Shown piece by piece: positions 1 through 10,516 of a stretch of DNA of 64,000 bases (position 1 is the stretch's first letter; the number at the start of each line of letters is the position of its first letter). The notes under the pieces are model-generated. The model saw only the letters and a list, made by a program, of their open reading frames with translations, searched no databases and was not told the origin of the DNA. Position numbers and translations under genes: made by a program. This DNA comes from Thermodesulfobacteriota bacterium (GTDB lineage Bacteria > Desulfobacterota > Binatia > Bin18): the NCBI GenBank assembly GCA_964291405.2, contig OZ219926.1:4640001-4704000 (forward strand), in the 5' to 3' direction.

Positions 1-779
1 GCCCGGAAGTTCTGCACGATCACTTCTTGAATATGGCCGTATTCTTCGTGTAGGTCACGAATCGCAAGCAAACTGTCGACCACTTCTTCGCGAGTCTCTC
101 CGATACCAATGAGAATGCCGGTGGTAAACGGAATCTCCAACTCGCCAGCCTCGCGAATCATTTTGACACGGACTTCGGGGCGCTTGTCGGGTGCGGAAAA
201 GTGCGCCATGCCGCGCTCGCACAGCCGTGGGCTGATGTTTTCCAACATGAGGCCAAGACTGACATTGACGTCTTTGAGCCATTTCATCTCGTCATAGCTC
301 AGCACGCCCGCATTGGTGTGGGGCAAGATGCCGTAGGACAGGGCAATTTCACACGCCTGATAGACGTAGGCGGTCGTCGAGGTGTGGCCAAAGCCTGCCA
401 GAGTTTCCCGATAGCTCCGAGAGACTTGCTCAGGCTTGTCTCCCAAACACATGAGGGCTTCTTTGCAGCCCTGTTTTTCGGCTCGCTCCAACCAACTCCG
501 AAGGTCCTCCGGACTCATGGTCCAGGCGTCCGGGTCGCGTGGGTCCTTGCGAAAGGTGCAGTACGAGCACCGGTCCCGACACAGGTTGGTGACGGGCAGA
601 AAGACTTTCCGGGAATAGGTTACCGTCCGGCCTTTGTGTCGGTCGCGTAAGGTCCCGGCCGCCTCCAGGAGGGCCGGAAAGTCCTCCTCGGAGCAGTTGA
701 TGAGCTGGTAACCGTCCTCAGCGGACAAAGCGGCATCTGAAAGCGCTTTGTCTAATATCACCGAAATGTGAGATTGCAC
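1..779 (-). CDS. cofG: 7,8-didemethyl-8-hydroxy-5-deazariboflavin (FO) synthase CofG, or the CofG half of FbiC; runs off the window start
   Basis: Manual minus-strand translation: TYSRKVFLPVTNLCRDRCSYCTF (radical SAM CxxxCxxC), LPHTNAG, SLGLMLE, PDKRP, IPFTTGILIGIGET, HIQEVIVQNFR. GTG start at 779 with GGAGA upstream. Absent from the ORF track because it is truncated. Confidence 0.9.
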   Translation of the reverse strand, partial: MQSHISVILDKALSDAALSAEDGYQLINCSEEDFPALLEAAGTLRDRHKGRTVTYSRKVFLPVTNLCRDRCSYCTFRKDPRDPDAWTMSPEDLRSWLERAEKQGCKEALMCLGDKPEQVSRSYRETLAGFGHTSTTAYVYQACEIALSYGILPHTNAGVLSYDEMKWLKDVNVSLGLMLENISPRLCERGMAHFSAPDKRPEVRVKMIREAGELEIPFTTGILIGIGETREEVVDSLLAIRDLHEEYGHIQEVIVQNFR

Positions 780-975
780 CCGATATCTCCCATGCTGAAA
801 TGCCACTGCGACACTAGTGGAGCGGGGGGGTAATGTCAACTGGGGAATATCACTTTTCCGTGATATTGGTAGCGAAGCGGTTCAAGCGGGCTCCGTCGCG
901 TTGCGGAATATCCAAAGCGAGCCCCCCGACCTCCTTCCCCCCTTGGGGGCTATGAAAGGGGCGTGTCTGGGGAAG

Positions 976-1014
976 CCCACCCCGGCCCCTCGAGCCACCC
1001 CTCCAAGGAGGGGA
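976..1014. repeat. REP-like palindromic repeat (CCCACCCCGGCC...CCACCCCTCC-GGAGGGG family), single arm
   Basis: Near-identical to the left arms at 28872 and 30403. Confidence 0.75.
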
Positions 1015-1052
1015 TTTGTTGCTCCCTCGTCTCTGGAGAGGAAAAGTGCGAC

Positions 1053-1418
1053 CTACCCACGCTCTACCGAGGACGACACCCAGCGTGGCTGCCGATAGCG
1101 CTGGCGACGAACCGCCATAATCGTACACAGCGCACCGCTACACAGTATGAGCCAACCGACGTTGTGCAGCACATGGTAGAAGTCAAGCTTTGCTTGGTTA
1201 AGGGAGCGACGGCTCCAGGCTTCACTCGAGAAGTGGTACAGCCTGGCATTCTTTCCGAACGTTTGCTCGGCCGCAACAGGAGGGGGTGTGCGGGCCAGGG
1301 CGCTCTGATACTCCCGGACTTTGAAGTGGGCTACCATCGTGTTGCCCAGGCCAAGAGCAACCAGGGTGATGCCGGCGACGAAAAGGGTATTGCGAAACAA
1401 CGCGGAGAGAGTACGCAT
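1053..1418 (-). CDS. Hypothetical membrane protein (2 predicted TM helices)
   Basis: ORF from MRTLSALFRN with hydrophobic stretches LFVAGITLVALGLG and VGWLILCSGALCTIMAV; divergent from lipB. Confidence 0.6.
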   Translation of the reverse strand: MRTLSALFRNTLFVAGITLVALGLGNTMVAHFKVREYQSALARTPPPVAAEQTFGKNARLYHFSSEAWSRRSLNQAKLDFYHVLHNVGWLILCSGALCTIMAVRRQRYRQPRWVSSSVERG

Positions 1419-1545
1419 AGCGAATACACTCGCGCTACCACCCGAGGAAAAGAGGGTCAAGAGAGTGGACGTTTCCAGAAACGGTCTACTCCCCCTAGGA
1501 TACAGCGCACGCATGGCCAACCGTCAGACTCAAGGAGGCGAAACG

Positions 1546-2196
1546 TTGCAGAGCAAGATTCAATGCGTACGGCTGGGTCTGACCGCTTATGTCCAGGCGC
1601 TTCAGGTGCAGCGACGCTGGCACGCCTGGTGTGTTGCGCGGCGGACAAACGTGCTCTTGCTGACACAACACCAGCCGGTGATCACGCTCGGCTACCGCCG
1701 GCCGTGTGGGCAGATCAGGCTTTCGGCCGCCCAGCTTCGGGAGAAAGGGCTGAGCGTCGAGTATATAGAGCGGGGTGGGGGTGCGACCTATCACGCCCCA
1801 GGTCAGCTTGTGGTGTATCCGATCTTTTCTTCCCTGTTGCAGAGATGTGGAGTCCGACGTTTCATTGCGCAGCTTGAGGAGGTCATGCGACAGACCTGTC
1901 TCCGCTTTGGCGTCCACTCGAGCCGCCAGGACGGGTATCCCGGGGTCTGGGTGGGTGAGAAAAAAATCGGGGCGGTCGGCATTGCTGTTCGCAAGCGCGT
2001 GTCTTTGCACGGCTTTGCGCTCAATGTTGATCTCGATCTGCGGCCGTTTGCGGACATCGTGCCCTGTGGACTTGCTGATAAGGGAGTGACCAGTTTACAA
2101 CAGGAATGCGTTCTGCCCATCGCTTTTTCCGATGTTGAGCGGGCTGTCATTGAGAATGTCGCTTCGATTTTTGAGGCACGTATGGAAGGGGTGTGA
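1546..2196 (+). CDS. lipB: Lipoyl(octanoyl) transferase LipB
   Basis: HQPVITLG, RGGGATYHAPGQLVVYP, KIGAVG, HGFALN and IVPCG motifs; TTG start after AAGGAGG. Confidence 0.92.
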   Translation: MQSKIQCVRLGLTAYVQALQVQRRWHAWCVARRTNVLLLTQHQPVITLGYRRPCGQIRLSAAQLREKGLSVEYIERGGGATYHAPGQLVVYPIFSSLLQRCGVRRFIAQLEEVMRQTCLRFGVHSSRQDGYPGVWVGEKKIGAVGIAVRKRVSLHGFALNVDLDLRPFADIVPCGLADKGVTSLQQECVLPIAFSDVERAVIENVASIFEARMEGV

Positions 2197-2197
2197 G

Positions 2198-2971
2198 ATG
2201 GAGAGTCTCCTGAATGACAAACAAGACCATATCCGGTGGCTGACGTTGAATCGACCCGAGCGTCGCAACGCGCTCGACCGTGATACCATTTATGCCCTAA
2301 AGGCGGCGTTGGCCGAAAGCGCGCGTGACGCTGATACCCGCCTGGTTGTGTTGACCGGGGCTGGTGGTGCGTTTTCCTCCGGCGCGGACTTGTTGGCCGC
2401 TCCCTCGCAGCCAAGGACTCCCGGAGAAGAGCTGACCGAGGACGGCTTTAACGCCGTGATTCGGATGATCTGGAATCTGCCGAAACCGGTCATTGCCGCG
2501 GTTGACGGAGTTGCCACCGGATATGGCTGCTCGTTGGCCCTAGCCGCTGATATCCGCCTGGCTTCACCAGCGGCGCGCTTTTCCTTGATTTTTGTGAAAC
2601 GTGGACTGACGATTGACGGTGGTGCCAGCTATTTCCTCCCCCGCCTGGCGGGCCTGCGCGGTATGGAGATGGCCCTCACCGGAGAGATGGTCGATGCGAC
2701 GGAAGCGGCCAATATGGGCTTGGCCAACCGTATTCTCACCGGAGACAACTTCCGAGAGCAGGTTGCAGCCTATGCTTCTCGTTTGGCAAAGAATGCTCCC
2801 CTGGCGCTGGCGACGATTAAAGCGTCCATCCATAATGCGTTGGGTGCCGGTCTGGGAGACGTGCTGACCGCTGAAATGGCAGAGCAGCGAAAACTGCTCC
2901 AGTCCGAAGATGTGAAGGAAGGGATTCGCGCATTTCGTGAGAAACGCGACCCGGTCTACACGGGACGATAA
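2198..2971 (+). CDS. Enoyl-CoA hydratase/isomerase family protein
   Basis: LNRPERRNAL, FSSGADL, PKPVIAAVDG and EGIRAFREKR crotonase motifs. Confidence 0.9.
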   Translation: MESLLNDKQDHIRWLTLNRPERRNALDRDTIYALKAALAESARDADTRLVVLTGAGGAFSSGADLLAAPSQPRTPGEELTEDGFNAVIRMIWNLPKPVIAAVDGVATGYGCSLALAADIRLASPAARFSLIFVKRGLTIDGGASYFLPRLAGLRGMEMALTGEMVDATEAANMGLANRILTGDNFREQVAAYASRLAKNAPLALATIKASIHNALGAGLGDVLTAEMAEQRKLLQSEDVKEGIRAFREKRDPVYTGR

Positions 2972-2980
2972 GGAGGCGCT

Positions 2981-3715
2981 GTGGCAGAGCGACCCGGCCG
3001 ATTGTGTATTGTTGGTGATATCCATGCCTGTCCGGCAGAACTTGAGACCCTTCTCACGGCGTTGTCATTACAGCCCGAAGACCATCTGGTGTGTCTGGGC
3101 GACTATATTGACCGCGGGCCTGATGCCAAGGCCGTTGTCGATCTGCTTCTAGGGATAAAGACGGCTGCGGTCTGCCGCTGTACGTTTCTCAAGGGCAATC
3201 ACGAAGATATGTTCCTCGACTTTCTGGGGTATGATGGCTTGTACGGTCAATCCTTCCTGATGAACGGCGGAGACCAAACCCTTGCCAGCTATCGGTGCGA
3301 TCCCTGGACTCCGGGCCGCGAGGTTGCAACACTTCTGCCCGACGCTCACCGAGAATTTTTTCTGAATCTTAAGCTCTATCTGCCGGCCGATGCTATTCTC
3401 TGCGTGCATGCCGGGATCAATCCGGGCTATAGTCTGGAGGACCAGATGGCGGAAGACCTGCTGTGGATTCGTGAGGATTTTTTTGCCCACCCGCACGACC
3501 TGCCGTATACCGTGGTCTTCGGGCATACCCCTCAACGGGAAGTTGGTTTTGATCTCCCGTATAAAATCGGGATTGATACCGGCCTCGTTTATGGCGGGAA
3601 ATTGACCTGTCTCGAAATCACGGAGAAAAGGCTCTTTCAGATCGAACGGGGCAGCCGACGGGTCGTGATGACCGATGCACAAGCGTATTGGGCGGGCGCT
3701 CGTGCCGCAAGGTAA
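2981..3715 (+). CDS. PPP-family Ser/Thr phosphatase / metallophosphoesterase
   Basis: GDIH, GDYIDRG, GNHE, HAG, FGHTP and IDTG motifs. Confidence 0.9.
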   Translation: MAERPGRLCIVGDIHACPAELETLLTALSLQPEDHLVCLGDYIDRGPDAKAVVDLLLGIKTAAVCRCTFLKGNHEDMFLDFLGYDGLYGQSFLMNGGDQTLASYRCDPWTPGREVATLLPDAHREFFLNLKLYLPADAILCVHAGINPGYSLEDQMAEDLLWIREDFFAHPHDLPYTVVFGHTPQREVGFDLPYKIGIDTGLVYGGKLTCLEITEKRLFQIERGSRRVVMTDAQAYWAGARAAR

Positions 3716-3758
3716 GCCCTGGGTGCCCATCAAACCGGATGCGGTCCGGCCCCTCCTC

Positions 3759-3787
3759 TTGACTTTCCCCGAATGGCCGGATTTAAC
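3759..3787 (+). promoter_or_regulatory. Putative sigma70 promoter of tRNA-Met
   Basis: TTGACT-N17-TTTAAC, 7 nt upstream of the tRNA. Confidence 0.45.
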
Positions 3788-3794
3788 TCCCCGT

Positions 3795-3868
3795 GGCGGC
3801 GTAGCTCAGGAGGCTAGAGCGAGGGTCTCATAATCCCTAGGTCGGCGGTTCAAGTCCGCCCGCCGCTA
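3795..3868 (+). tRNA. tRNA-Met (CAT), elongator type; CCA not encoded
   Basis: GGCGGCG/CGCCGCT acceptor stem, TAGCTCAG D-arm, CTCATAA anticodon loop, GGTTCAAGTCC T-arm; the acceptor stem matches elongator Met rather than fMet or Ile2. Confidence 0.92.
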
Positions 3869-3923
3869 GGCTGGAGCGATCTCACGGTGGCGGTCAACAC
3901 TGCCATTGATAAAGGAGCAGACT

Positions 3924-4031
3924 ATGGATCCACTCGCGGTATTTATGCAGATAGTAGCTGGGATTGCCGTGCTCTGTACGCTCGTTTCTGCCATCGCCGT
4001 CGTGCTGCGAAACGCAAAAGGCGACGGGTAG
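3924..4031 (+). CDS. Small single-TM protein (35 aa, MDPLAVFMQIVAGIAVLCTLVSAIAVVLRNAKGDG)
   Basis: AAGGAG SD at 7 nt spacing, one hydrophobic helix, followed by a terminator; below the ORF-track size cutoff. Confidence 0.55.
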   Translation: MDPLAVFMQIVAGIAVLCTLVSAIAVVLRNAKGDG

Positions 4032-4076
4032 GGAAGGACCAAACGGAGCGACTGTGACCCAGAGACCAGCATACCT

Positions 4077-4105
4077 AGGGCGTTCCACAGGGGCGCCCTT
4101 TTTAT
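4077..4105 (+). terminator. Intrinsic terminator
   Basis: AGGGCGTTCC-ACA-GGGGCGCCCT hairpin followed by TTTTATTT. Confidence 0.65.
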
Positions 4106-4114
4106 TTCAGGTGT

Positions 4115-5509
4115 ATGCTGCCCCTTGAGCACAAGCTTTGGGCTTCTTTTCAAAAATTGCTCCCGGACACGTCCGGCCTGCGTATTGGCGTGGCCTGTTC
4201 CGGTGGCCCCGATTCAGTTGCCCTGCTTTCCGCCCTGCTGGCGATTGCACCGCTGCGGAGCTATCGGCTGAGAGTGCTCCACGTCAATCATGGTCTGCGC
4301 CCTGAGTCCGACCAGGAACAGGACATGTTGCAAACCCTGTGTCAGCAGTGGCGGGTGCCGCTCTCGGTCAAAAAACTCCAGCCTCCTCCCGGCCTGAAAG
4401 GAATAGAGGCCTGGGCGCGAGAGGCGCGCTATGCGTTTTTTCAGGAGCGTCTCGCCGCGGCTTCGCTCGACTATATTGCCACCGCCCATACGCAGGATGA
4501 CCAGGCTGAGACCGTTCTCTTTCGTCTCATGCGCGGCAGCGCCCGGCGTGGAGTGGCCGGTATTCCACCGGTGAGAGACAACTGGCTGATTCGGCCTTTC
4601 CTGCATTGTTCACGGCGTGAAATCGACGCCTACACCCAGGAAAAAAAGCTGCCCTGTGTCACAGACCCGAGTAACGCTGACCTGCGTTTTACCCGGAATA
4701 AGATCAGGCATGTTCTCCTGCCCTTTTTGGAACAGGAGTTTTCTCCGCAAATCCGGCGTCATCTGGCCTCTCTGGCGGAAACGACCCGAGAAGAGGAGGA
4801 CTGGCTCGAAGAACTGGCCGCGCACGCCCGCGCGCGTATCGTCGGACGTGACAATAGTGTATCTCTCCCCGCCTTAGACAGAGAGCCTGCCGCCTTACGA
4901 TCTCGCATTCTCCGCCAGTGGGCGGAAGGGCGGGCGCAAGGTTTGAAAGCGGTCCATATGCGCCGGTTGAGGGAACTCAGCGAAGGAAAAATCCAGGGCA
5001 GGGTAGAGTTGCCGGGCCAGCAGGCCGTCGTTCGCCAGGGAACGCAGCTGATGTTCCAAATCCAGCGATCACCTGTCACAGAGCGAGACTATTCCTATGT
5101 CTTACAGGCCGGCCAGAACTGGCGGTTAGCCTCACGCTGGGACCTGAGCGTTTCTGCCGCTATCGAATGGCAAGGCGATCTGAGCGTGGCTCGGTGTGCG
5201 GACCGCTGGTCGGCCCTCTTTGGTTGCAATCTTGCCGACACTGCGGATACTTGTATTGTCCGCAACGCCCGTACAGGGGATCGTATTCGCCCCTTCGGCA
5301 TGCGAGGCCATAGGAAAGTTCAGGACGTCTTGGTTGACGCAAAAATCCCGCACGCGCTCCGTCCCGGATTCCCGGTGGTTGAAATAGGCGGTGAGATTGC
5401 CTGGGTCCCAGGCTGTGTCAGAGGCCAGAGTGGGCTGGTGACGGCGGTGACCCGACAGGTCTATCGTATGCAGGTCAACCCGTTGCCGGTCGATGAAGAA
5501 CTATGGTAG
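4115..5509 (+). CDS. tilS: tRNA(Ile)-lysidine synthetase
   Basis: SGGPDS PP-loop, HVNHGLR, AREARY, TAHTQDDQAET, DPSN and RNKIRH motifs. Confidence 0.95.
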   Translation: MLPLEHKLWASFQKLLPDTSGLRIGVACSGGPDSVALLSALLAIAPLRSYRLRVLHVNHGLRPESDQEQDMLQTLCQQWRVPLSVKKLQPPPGLKGIEAWAREARYAFFQERLAAASLDYIATAHTQDDQAETVLFRLMRGSARRGVAGIPPVRDNWLIRPFLHCSRREIDAYTQEKKLPCVTDPSNADLRFTRNKIRHVLLPFLEQEFSPQIRRHLASLAETTREEEDWLEELAAHARARIVGRDNSVSLPALDREPAALRSRILRQWAEGRAQGLKAVHMRRLRELSEGKIQGRVELPGQQAVVRQGTQLMFQIQRSPVTERDYSYVLQAGQNWRLASRWDLSVSAAIEWQGDLSVARCADRWSALFGCNLADTADTCIVRNARTGDRIRPFGMRGHRKVQDVLVDAKIPHALRPGFPVVEIGGEIAWVPGCVRGQSGLVTAVTRQVYRMQVNPLPVDEELW

Positions 5510-5524
5510 GCTAACGGCGGCTAC

Positions 5525-7363
5525 ATGAAAGGTGACGGAGTGAATAAGGTTTCTTCTAATCTCGCACTGTGGTTGGTTCTCGGGGTGATCTTCCTGTTCA
5601 TGTTCAACCTGTTCAATCGCCAACAACCAAGAGAACCCGAAGTTGTCTTCAGCGACTTTTTCACGGCCGTAGAAAAAGGCGAAGTCTCCGAGGTCGTTAT
5701 TCAGGGACAGGTCATTCGTGGAAAATTCCGCAATGACGATCGCTTTAAAACCTACGCCCCCACCGACGACCCCGACCTTATGCGGACCTTGCGCGACCGG
5801 GGGGTGCGAGTGGCCGCACGGCCGGAAGAAGGCGATCCCTGGTATATCACCATCCTGATCCAATGGTTTCCGATGCTGCTCCTTATCGGCGTTTGGATCT
5901 TCTTTATGCGCCAGATGCAAATGGGCGGTGGCAAGGCCATGTCTTTCGGCAAGAGCCGGGCCAAACTGCTGACGGAAAACCAACAACGCATCACGTTCAG
6001 CGACGTTGCTGGCGTGGAGGAGCCCAAACAAGAGCTGGAAGAAATCATTGCCTTTCTCAAAGACCCGAAAAAGTTCACGCGTTTGGGGGGGCGCATCCCC
6101 AAGGGCGTCTTGCTGGTTGGGTCACCCGGTACTGGAAAGACCCTGCTCGCCCGGGCGATTGCCGGGGAGGCCGGGGTGCCGTTCTTCTCGATCAGCGGTT
6201 CTGACTTTGTTGAGATGTTTGTTGGAGTCGGGGCCTCGCGCGTCCGCGATCTCTTCATTCAAGGGAAAAAACAAGCGCCGTGTATCATTTTTATTGATGA
6301 GATTGACGCGGTCGGACGTCATCGCGGCGCTGGCCTCGGTGGTGGGCATGACGAGCGTGAGCAGACCTTAAACCAACTCCTGGTGGAGATGGACGGTTTT
6401 GAAGCAAACGAGGGTGTCATTCTGATTGCGGCGACCAACCGTCCGGACGTCCTGGACCCGGCATTACTGCGCCCTGGGCGATTTGACCGGCGGGTTGTTG
6501 TGCCCTCACCGGACGTCCGCGGTCGAGAGGAAATCCTCAATGTTCATACGCGCCGGGTGCCACTGGACGACAAGGTTGACGTCTCTCAGCTCGCCCGAGG
6601 CACACCAGGGTTTTCCGGGGCTGACCTGGAAAACCTGGTGAACGAGGCTGCGCTCCTGGCGGCTCGCAAAAACAAGGAAAAAGTCGAAATGGACGACTTC
6701 GAGTTGTCCAAGGACAAGGTCCTCATGGGCGCCGAGCGTCGTAGTATGATTCTCAGCCTTGATGAGCGACGTAATACAGCCTACCACGAGGCCGGCCACG
6801 CCCTGGTTGCCCGGTTGATTCCGGGGACAGACCCGGTCCATAAGGTTACTATTATTCCGCGTGGTATGGCTTTAGGTGTGACCCAGCAGTTGCCCGTTGA
6901 TGATCGCCATACCTTTTCCAAAGACTATATTCTGAAACGCCTCGCCATTATGTTCGGTGGCCGTGTGGCCGAAGAACTGGTCCTTGGCCACACCACAACC
7001 GGTGCTGGGGATGATCTCGAAAAAGCGACCGAGCTGGCTCGACGTATGGTCTGCGAGTGGGGTATGAGCGAGAGCCTCGGCCCCATGACCTTTGGGAAAA
7101 AGGAAGAACAGATCTTCCTGGGCCGGGATATTACTCAGACCAAAGACTACTCTGAGAAGACGGCCATTGAGATTGACACCGAGGTGCGCAACATTATCAA
7201 GGACGCCTTTAACCGGGCGCAGGATCTCCTCCAGACGCATATTGAAATCCTGCACAAGATGGCGGAAGTCCTACTGGAAAAAGAAGCTTTGGACGGACCT
7301 GAGATCGACGGTATACTGAAACAATTCAACATTGAAGTTGACCCGGAGCCGACCGGTGCGTAG
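5525..7363 (+). CDS. ftsH: ATP-dependent zinc metalloprotease FtsH
   Basis: Two TM helices, GSPGTGKT Walker A, IFIDEID, SRH and HEAGH motifs. Confidence 0.98.
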   Translation: MKGDGVNKVSSNLALWLVLGVIFLFMFNLFNRQQPREPEVVFSDFFTAVEKGEVSEVVIQGQVIRGKFRNDDRFKTYAPTDDPDLMRTLRDRGVRVAARPEEGDPWYITILIQWFPMLLLIGVWIFFMRQMQMGGGKAMSFGKSRAKLLTENQQRITFSDVAGVEEPKQELEEIIAFLKDPKKFTRLGGRIPKGVLLVGSPGTGKTLLARAIAGEAGVPFFSISGSDFVEMFVGVGASRVRDLFIQGKKQAPCIIFIDEIDAVGRHRGAGLGGGHDEREQTLNQLLVEMDGFEANEGVILIAATNRPDVLDPALLRPGRFDRRVVVPSPDVRGREEILNVHTRRVPLDDKVDVSQLARGTPGFSGADLENLVNEAALLAARKNKEKVEMDDFELSKDKVLMGAERRSMILSLDERRNTAYHEAGHALVARLIPGTDPVHKVTIIPRGMALGVTQQLPVDDRHTFSKDYILKRLAIMFGGRVAEELVLGHTTTGAGDDLEKATELARRMVCEWGMSESLGPMTFGKKEEQIFLGRDITQTKDYSEKTAIEIDTEVRNIIKDAFNRAQDLLQTHIEILHKMAEVLLEKEALDGPEIDGILKQFNIEVDPEPTGA

Positions 7364-7427
7364 TCAGGTATAGGTCGTCGTTGTCCCTTACCGCGTTCCA
7401 GCGCAGTCGGTGATGGATGGTAGCATG

Positions 7428-7477
7428 AAGGGCGGGTGCAAAAAGGATTCCACTGTTTTGCACCCGCCTCTTTTTTT
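7428..7477 (+). terminator. Intrinsic terminator after ftsH
   Basis: GGCGGGTGCAAAA...TTTTGCACCCGCC stem followed by TCTTTTTTT. Confidence 0.75.
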
Positions 7478-7526
7478 GCCTGTTGACAGGGGACTTGCCA
7501 GTCTTTTGGCGGAGAGGGCTATCTGA

Positions 7527-8912
7527 ATGTCGCTCGACGGAGCGCCCAGTACGAAATTATTCGGCACGGACGGGATTCGCGGGGCGGCCAATAGTGAGCC
7601 GATAACGCCGGAGACCGCCCTGCGCGTTGGCCGCGCCCTGACTGCCATTTGCCGCAATCGTCCCGGTCACCACCGCATCGTTATCGGCACCGATACGCGT
7701 CTATCGGGTTATATGCTGGAGGCTGCGCTCGCGGCCGGCGTGTGTTCCATGGGTGGAGATGTCCTCCTCGTGGGCCCCATGCCAACACCCGGCATTGCCT
7801 TTCTTACTCGCAGCCTGCGCGCGGATGCTGGCGTGGTCATCTCTGCCTCGCATAATCCATTCCAGGATAATGGTATCAAAATCTTCTCGCGCGACGGGTT
7901 CAAGCTGCCCGATGCGGTGGAGGATGAGATATCGGAACTGGTGCTAAATCACACGATCGATGACGAGCGTCCCACAGCCGGGTCCATCGGGAAAGCGGTC
8001 CGTATTGATGATGCCCTTGACCGCTATCAGACGTGTGTCAAAAATGCTTTTCCACGCCATCTCAGGCTGGACGGTATAAAAGTGGTGATCGACTGTGCCA
8101 ATGGCGCTGCCTATAACATAGCGCCAGCGGTGTTGGCCGAGCTTGGCGCTGAGGTGATTCCGATAGGGACAGCGCCGAACGGCACAAATATCAACCTTGA
8201 CTGCGGGGCGTTATATCCACAGCGGGTGCAACAGCTTGTCCGTGAGCACAGTGCCCAGGTCGGTATTACCCTGGACGGCGATGCCGACCGAGCCATTCTG
8301 GTTGACGAGACCGGAGCAATCGTTGACGGTGATGCCATACTGGCCATTGCCGCCCAAGCGCATCTCCAGCAGGGCACGCTACCCCACAAGACGATAGTAG
8401 CGACCGTGATGAGTAATCTGGGCCTTGAGATTGCGCTGCGTCAGATGGGCGGCAAACTGGTCCGGACCCCGGTTGGCGATCGCTATGTTGTGGAGGAGAT
8501 GCTCCGGGGGGGATATCGCATTGGTGGCGAACAATCCGGCCATATTATCTTCCTGGATATGAACACAACGGGCGATGGCATCGTCACCTTTCTTGCTCTG
8601 CTAGCAATCCTCGTCCAGAGACAGCAGCCGCTCTCGGATATTCGCCAACTCGTGCGGCGTTATCCTCAGACGCTTATCAATGTGCGCGTCCGAGAGCGAC
8701 AGGATTTGCGGACCATCGAACCGGTGTCACACGTCATCCAGCAGGTCACCGACAAACTGGGCGAGACTGGACGGCTCCTCGTCCGCTATTCCGGGACTGA
8801 GCCGCTGCTGCGGATCATGGTCGAGGGTGAAGACGAAAGCCTGGTTCGCGCCTATGGTGAGGAGGTCGCTGACGCCGTGCGGACCCACCTTGGGGCAGGG
8901 GAATCTGCCTAA
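7527..8912 (+). CDS. glmM: Phosphoglucosamine mutase
   Basis: [28 protein letters not shown] and RYSGTEP motifs. Confidence 0.96.
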   Translation: MSLDGAPSTKLFGTDGIRGAANSEPITPETALRVGRALTAICRNRPGHHRIVIGTDTRLSGYMLEAALAAGVCSMGGDVLLVGPMPTPGIAFLTRSLRADAGVVISASHNPFQDNGIKIFSRDGFKLPDAVEDEISELVLNHTIDDERPTAGSIGKAVRIDDALDRYQTCVKNAFPRHLRLDGIKVVIDCANGAAYNIAPAVLAELGAEVIPIGTAPNGTNINLDCGALYPQRVQQLVREHSAQVGITLDGDADRAILVDETGAIVDGDAILAIAAQAHLQQGTLPHKTIVATVMSNLGLEIALRQMGGKLVRTPVGDRYVVEEMLRGGYRIGGEQSGHIIFLDMNTTGDGIVTFLALLAILVQRQQPLSDIRQLVRRYPQTLINVRVRERQDLRTIEPVSHVIQQVTDKLGETGRLLVRYSGTEPLLRIMVEGEDESLVRAYGEEVADAVRTHLGAGESA

Positions 8913-8923
8913 AGGATTGTCTC

Positions 8924-10516
8924 ATGTATCTCGTCTCTGCCGCCCAGATGCGTGAGCTTGATCGGCTCACAATCGAGAAATATGACACCCCCGGTCATGT
9001 CCTGATGGAACGGGCGGGTAGCGGCGCGGTGCAGGCTCTGCTCGACTTTTTTGAGAAGCGGCCCAAACGAGTGGTCGTGGTCGCCGGAAGAGGCAATAAC
9101 GGTGGCGACGGCTTTGTCATGGCCCGCCTGCTGAAACAGCAGGACATCGCGTGTGAGGTGATTCTTGCCGCCAAAAAGAGAGAGGTGAGGGATGATGCCG
9201 GGCGCAATTTGCAGGCGTTCTTGCGCCTCAGAGGTCGAGTCGAAGAAGTGACCGAACTGGAGCAGATACCTGCCGTCGAGAAGCGACTCGAACGCTGCGA
9301 TGTGATCGTTGACGCCCTGCTTGGGACAGGGCTGAATACCGCGGTGCGAGGTATCCAAGCCGCGCTCATCGCCGGCATGAATACCCGCGGTGTGCCCATT
9401 GTGTCAGTTGATATACCGTCCGGTTTGCATGCCGATTCCGGACAACCCGTAGGCTGTGCCGTTGAGGCGGCGCTAACGGTGACCTTCGGCTATCCCAAGC
9501 TCGGCCAGGTGCTCTATCCTGGGACGGTTCAGGTTGGACAACTCGCCTGTGTTGACATCGGGATCGCTCCACAAGCGCTGGCCGAGGTTGCGCCTCAGCT
9601 GTACGTCCTGACCCGCCGCGAGGTGGGTGGACAGATACGCGCCCGTCATCCCGAGTCGCATAAGGGCGATTTTGGTCACTTGCTGGTTCTCGCCGGCGCG
9701 CGTGGAAAGAGCGGCGCGGCCGTGTTAAGCGCCTCTGCCGCCCTACGGACCGGAACCGGTCTGGTCACCTTAGCCGGCCCACAAGGGCTCATACCCATAT
9801 TCTCCTCGGTTTTGCTCGAAGCCATGACCGCCCCTCAGCCCGAGCGTGCAGACGGCAGTCTGAGACTGAACGCGCGCGTATTAAGTCAGGTGCTGCACGG
9901 AAAAAGCGCCCTCGTTTTTGGACCCGGCATCGGTGTATCTGCTGAAACGAAGCGTATGGCGCGCTGGCTCCTCAAAAACAGCCCAGTCCCCCTGCTTATC
10001 GATGCCGACGGGCTGAACTGTGTAGCGTCTCAGGTGGCTATGCTGAAAACAGCCCAGGTGCCGGTCGTGCTCACCCCCCATCCCGGAGAAATGTCTCGGT
10101 TGACCGCACTGTCAACCTCAGACATACAAGCCCAGCGACTGGAGATTGCACGTCAGTTTGCCACTCGACACGGTTGCTATCTTGTCCTCAAGGGTGCCCG
10201 GAGCATTATCGCTGCCCCCGACGGTCGGGCCTGGATCAATCCAACCGGGAATCCGGGTATGGCCAGCGGTGGCATGGGCGACGTCCTGTCCGGCATTATC
10301 GGCGGCCTGCTCGCCCAAGGCTATGCGCCCGATGAGGCGTGTTGCCTCGGCGTGTTTCTCCACGGGGCTGCCGCCGATACCTTTGCCCAACACCATGGTC
10401 AGGCCGGGTTGCTGGCACGCGACGTGATTGACAACCTGCCAGACACACTGCACGCCCTCTCCCGGGCTAGTCAGAGCGATGCGCATGCCGCATATTATTC
10501 CGACATTCTCGGCTGA
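8924..10516 (+). CDS. nnr: Bifunctional NAD(P)H-hydrate epimerase/dehydratase
   Basis: LMERAG, GRGNNGGDG, DIPSG, HKGDFG, DADGLN, TPHPGEM and GGMGDVL motifs. Confidence 0.95.
   Translation: MYLVSAAQMRELDRLTIEKYDTPGHVLMERAGSGAVQALLDFFEKRPKRVVVVAGRGNNGGDGFVMARLLKQQDIACEVILAAKKREVRDDAGRNLQAFLRLRGRVEEVTELEQIPAVEKRLERCDVIVDALLGTGLNTAVRGIQAALIAGMNTRGVPIVSVDIPSGLHADSGQPVGCAVEAALTVTFGYPKLGQVLYPGTVQVGQLACVDIGIAPQALAEVAPQLYVLTRREVGGQIRARHPESHKGDFGHLLVLAGARGKSGAAVLSASAALRTGTGLVTLAGPQGLIPIFSSVLLEAMTAPQPERADGSLRLNARVLSQVLHGKSALVFGPGIGVSAETKRMARWLLKNSPVPLLIDADGLNCVASQVAMLKTAQVPVVLTPHPGEMSRLTALSTSDIQAQRLEIARQFATRHGCYLVLKGARSIIAAPDGRAWINPTGNPGMASGGMGDVLSGIIGGLLAQGYAPDEACCLGVFLHGAAADTFAQHHGQAGLLARDVIDNLPDTLHALSRASQSDAHAAYYSDILG

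Noticed and set aside
1-779. lipA, expected near lipB
   Set aside because: The motifs are those of CofG; the LipA CxxxxCxxxxxC motif is absent.
3795-3868. tRNA-Ile2 because it is adjacent to tilS
   Set aside because: Acceptor stem GGCGGCG/CGCCGCT fits elongator tRNA-Met.
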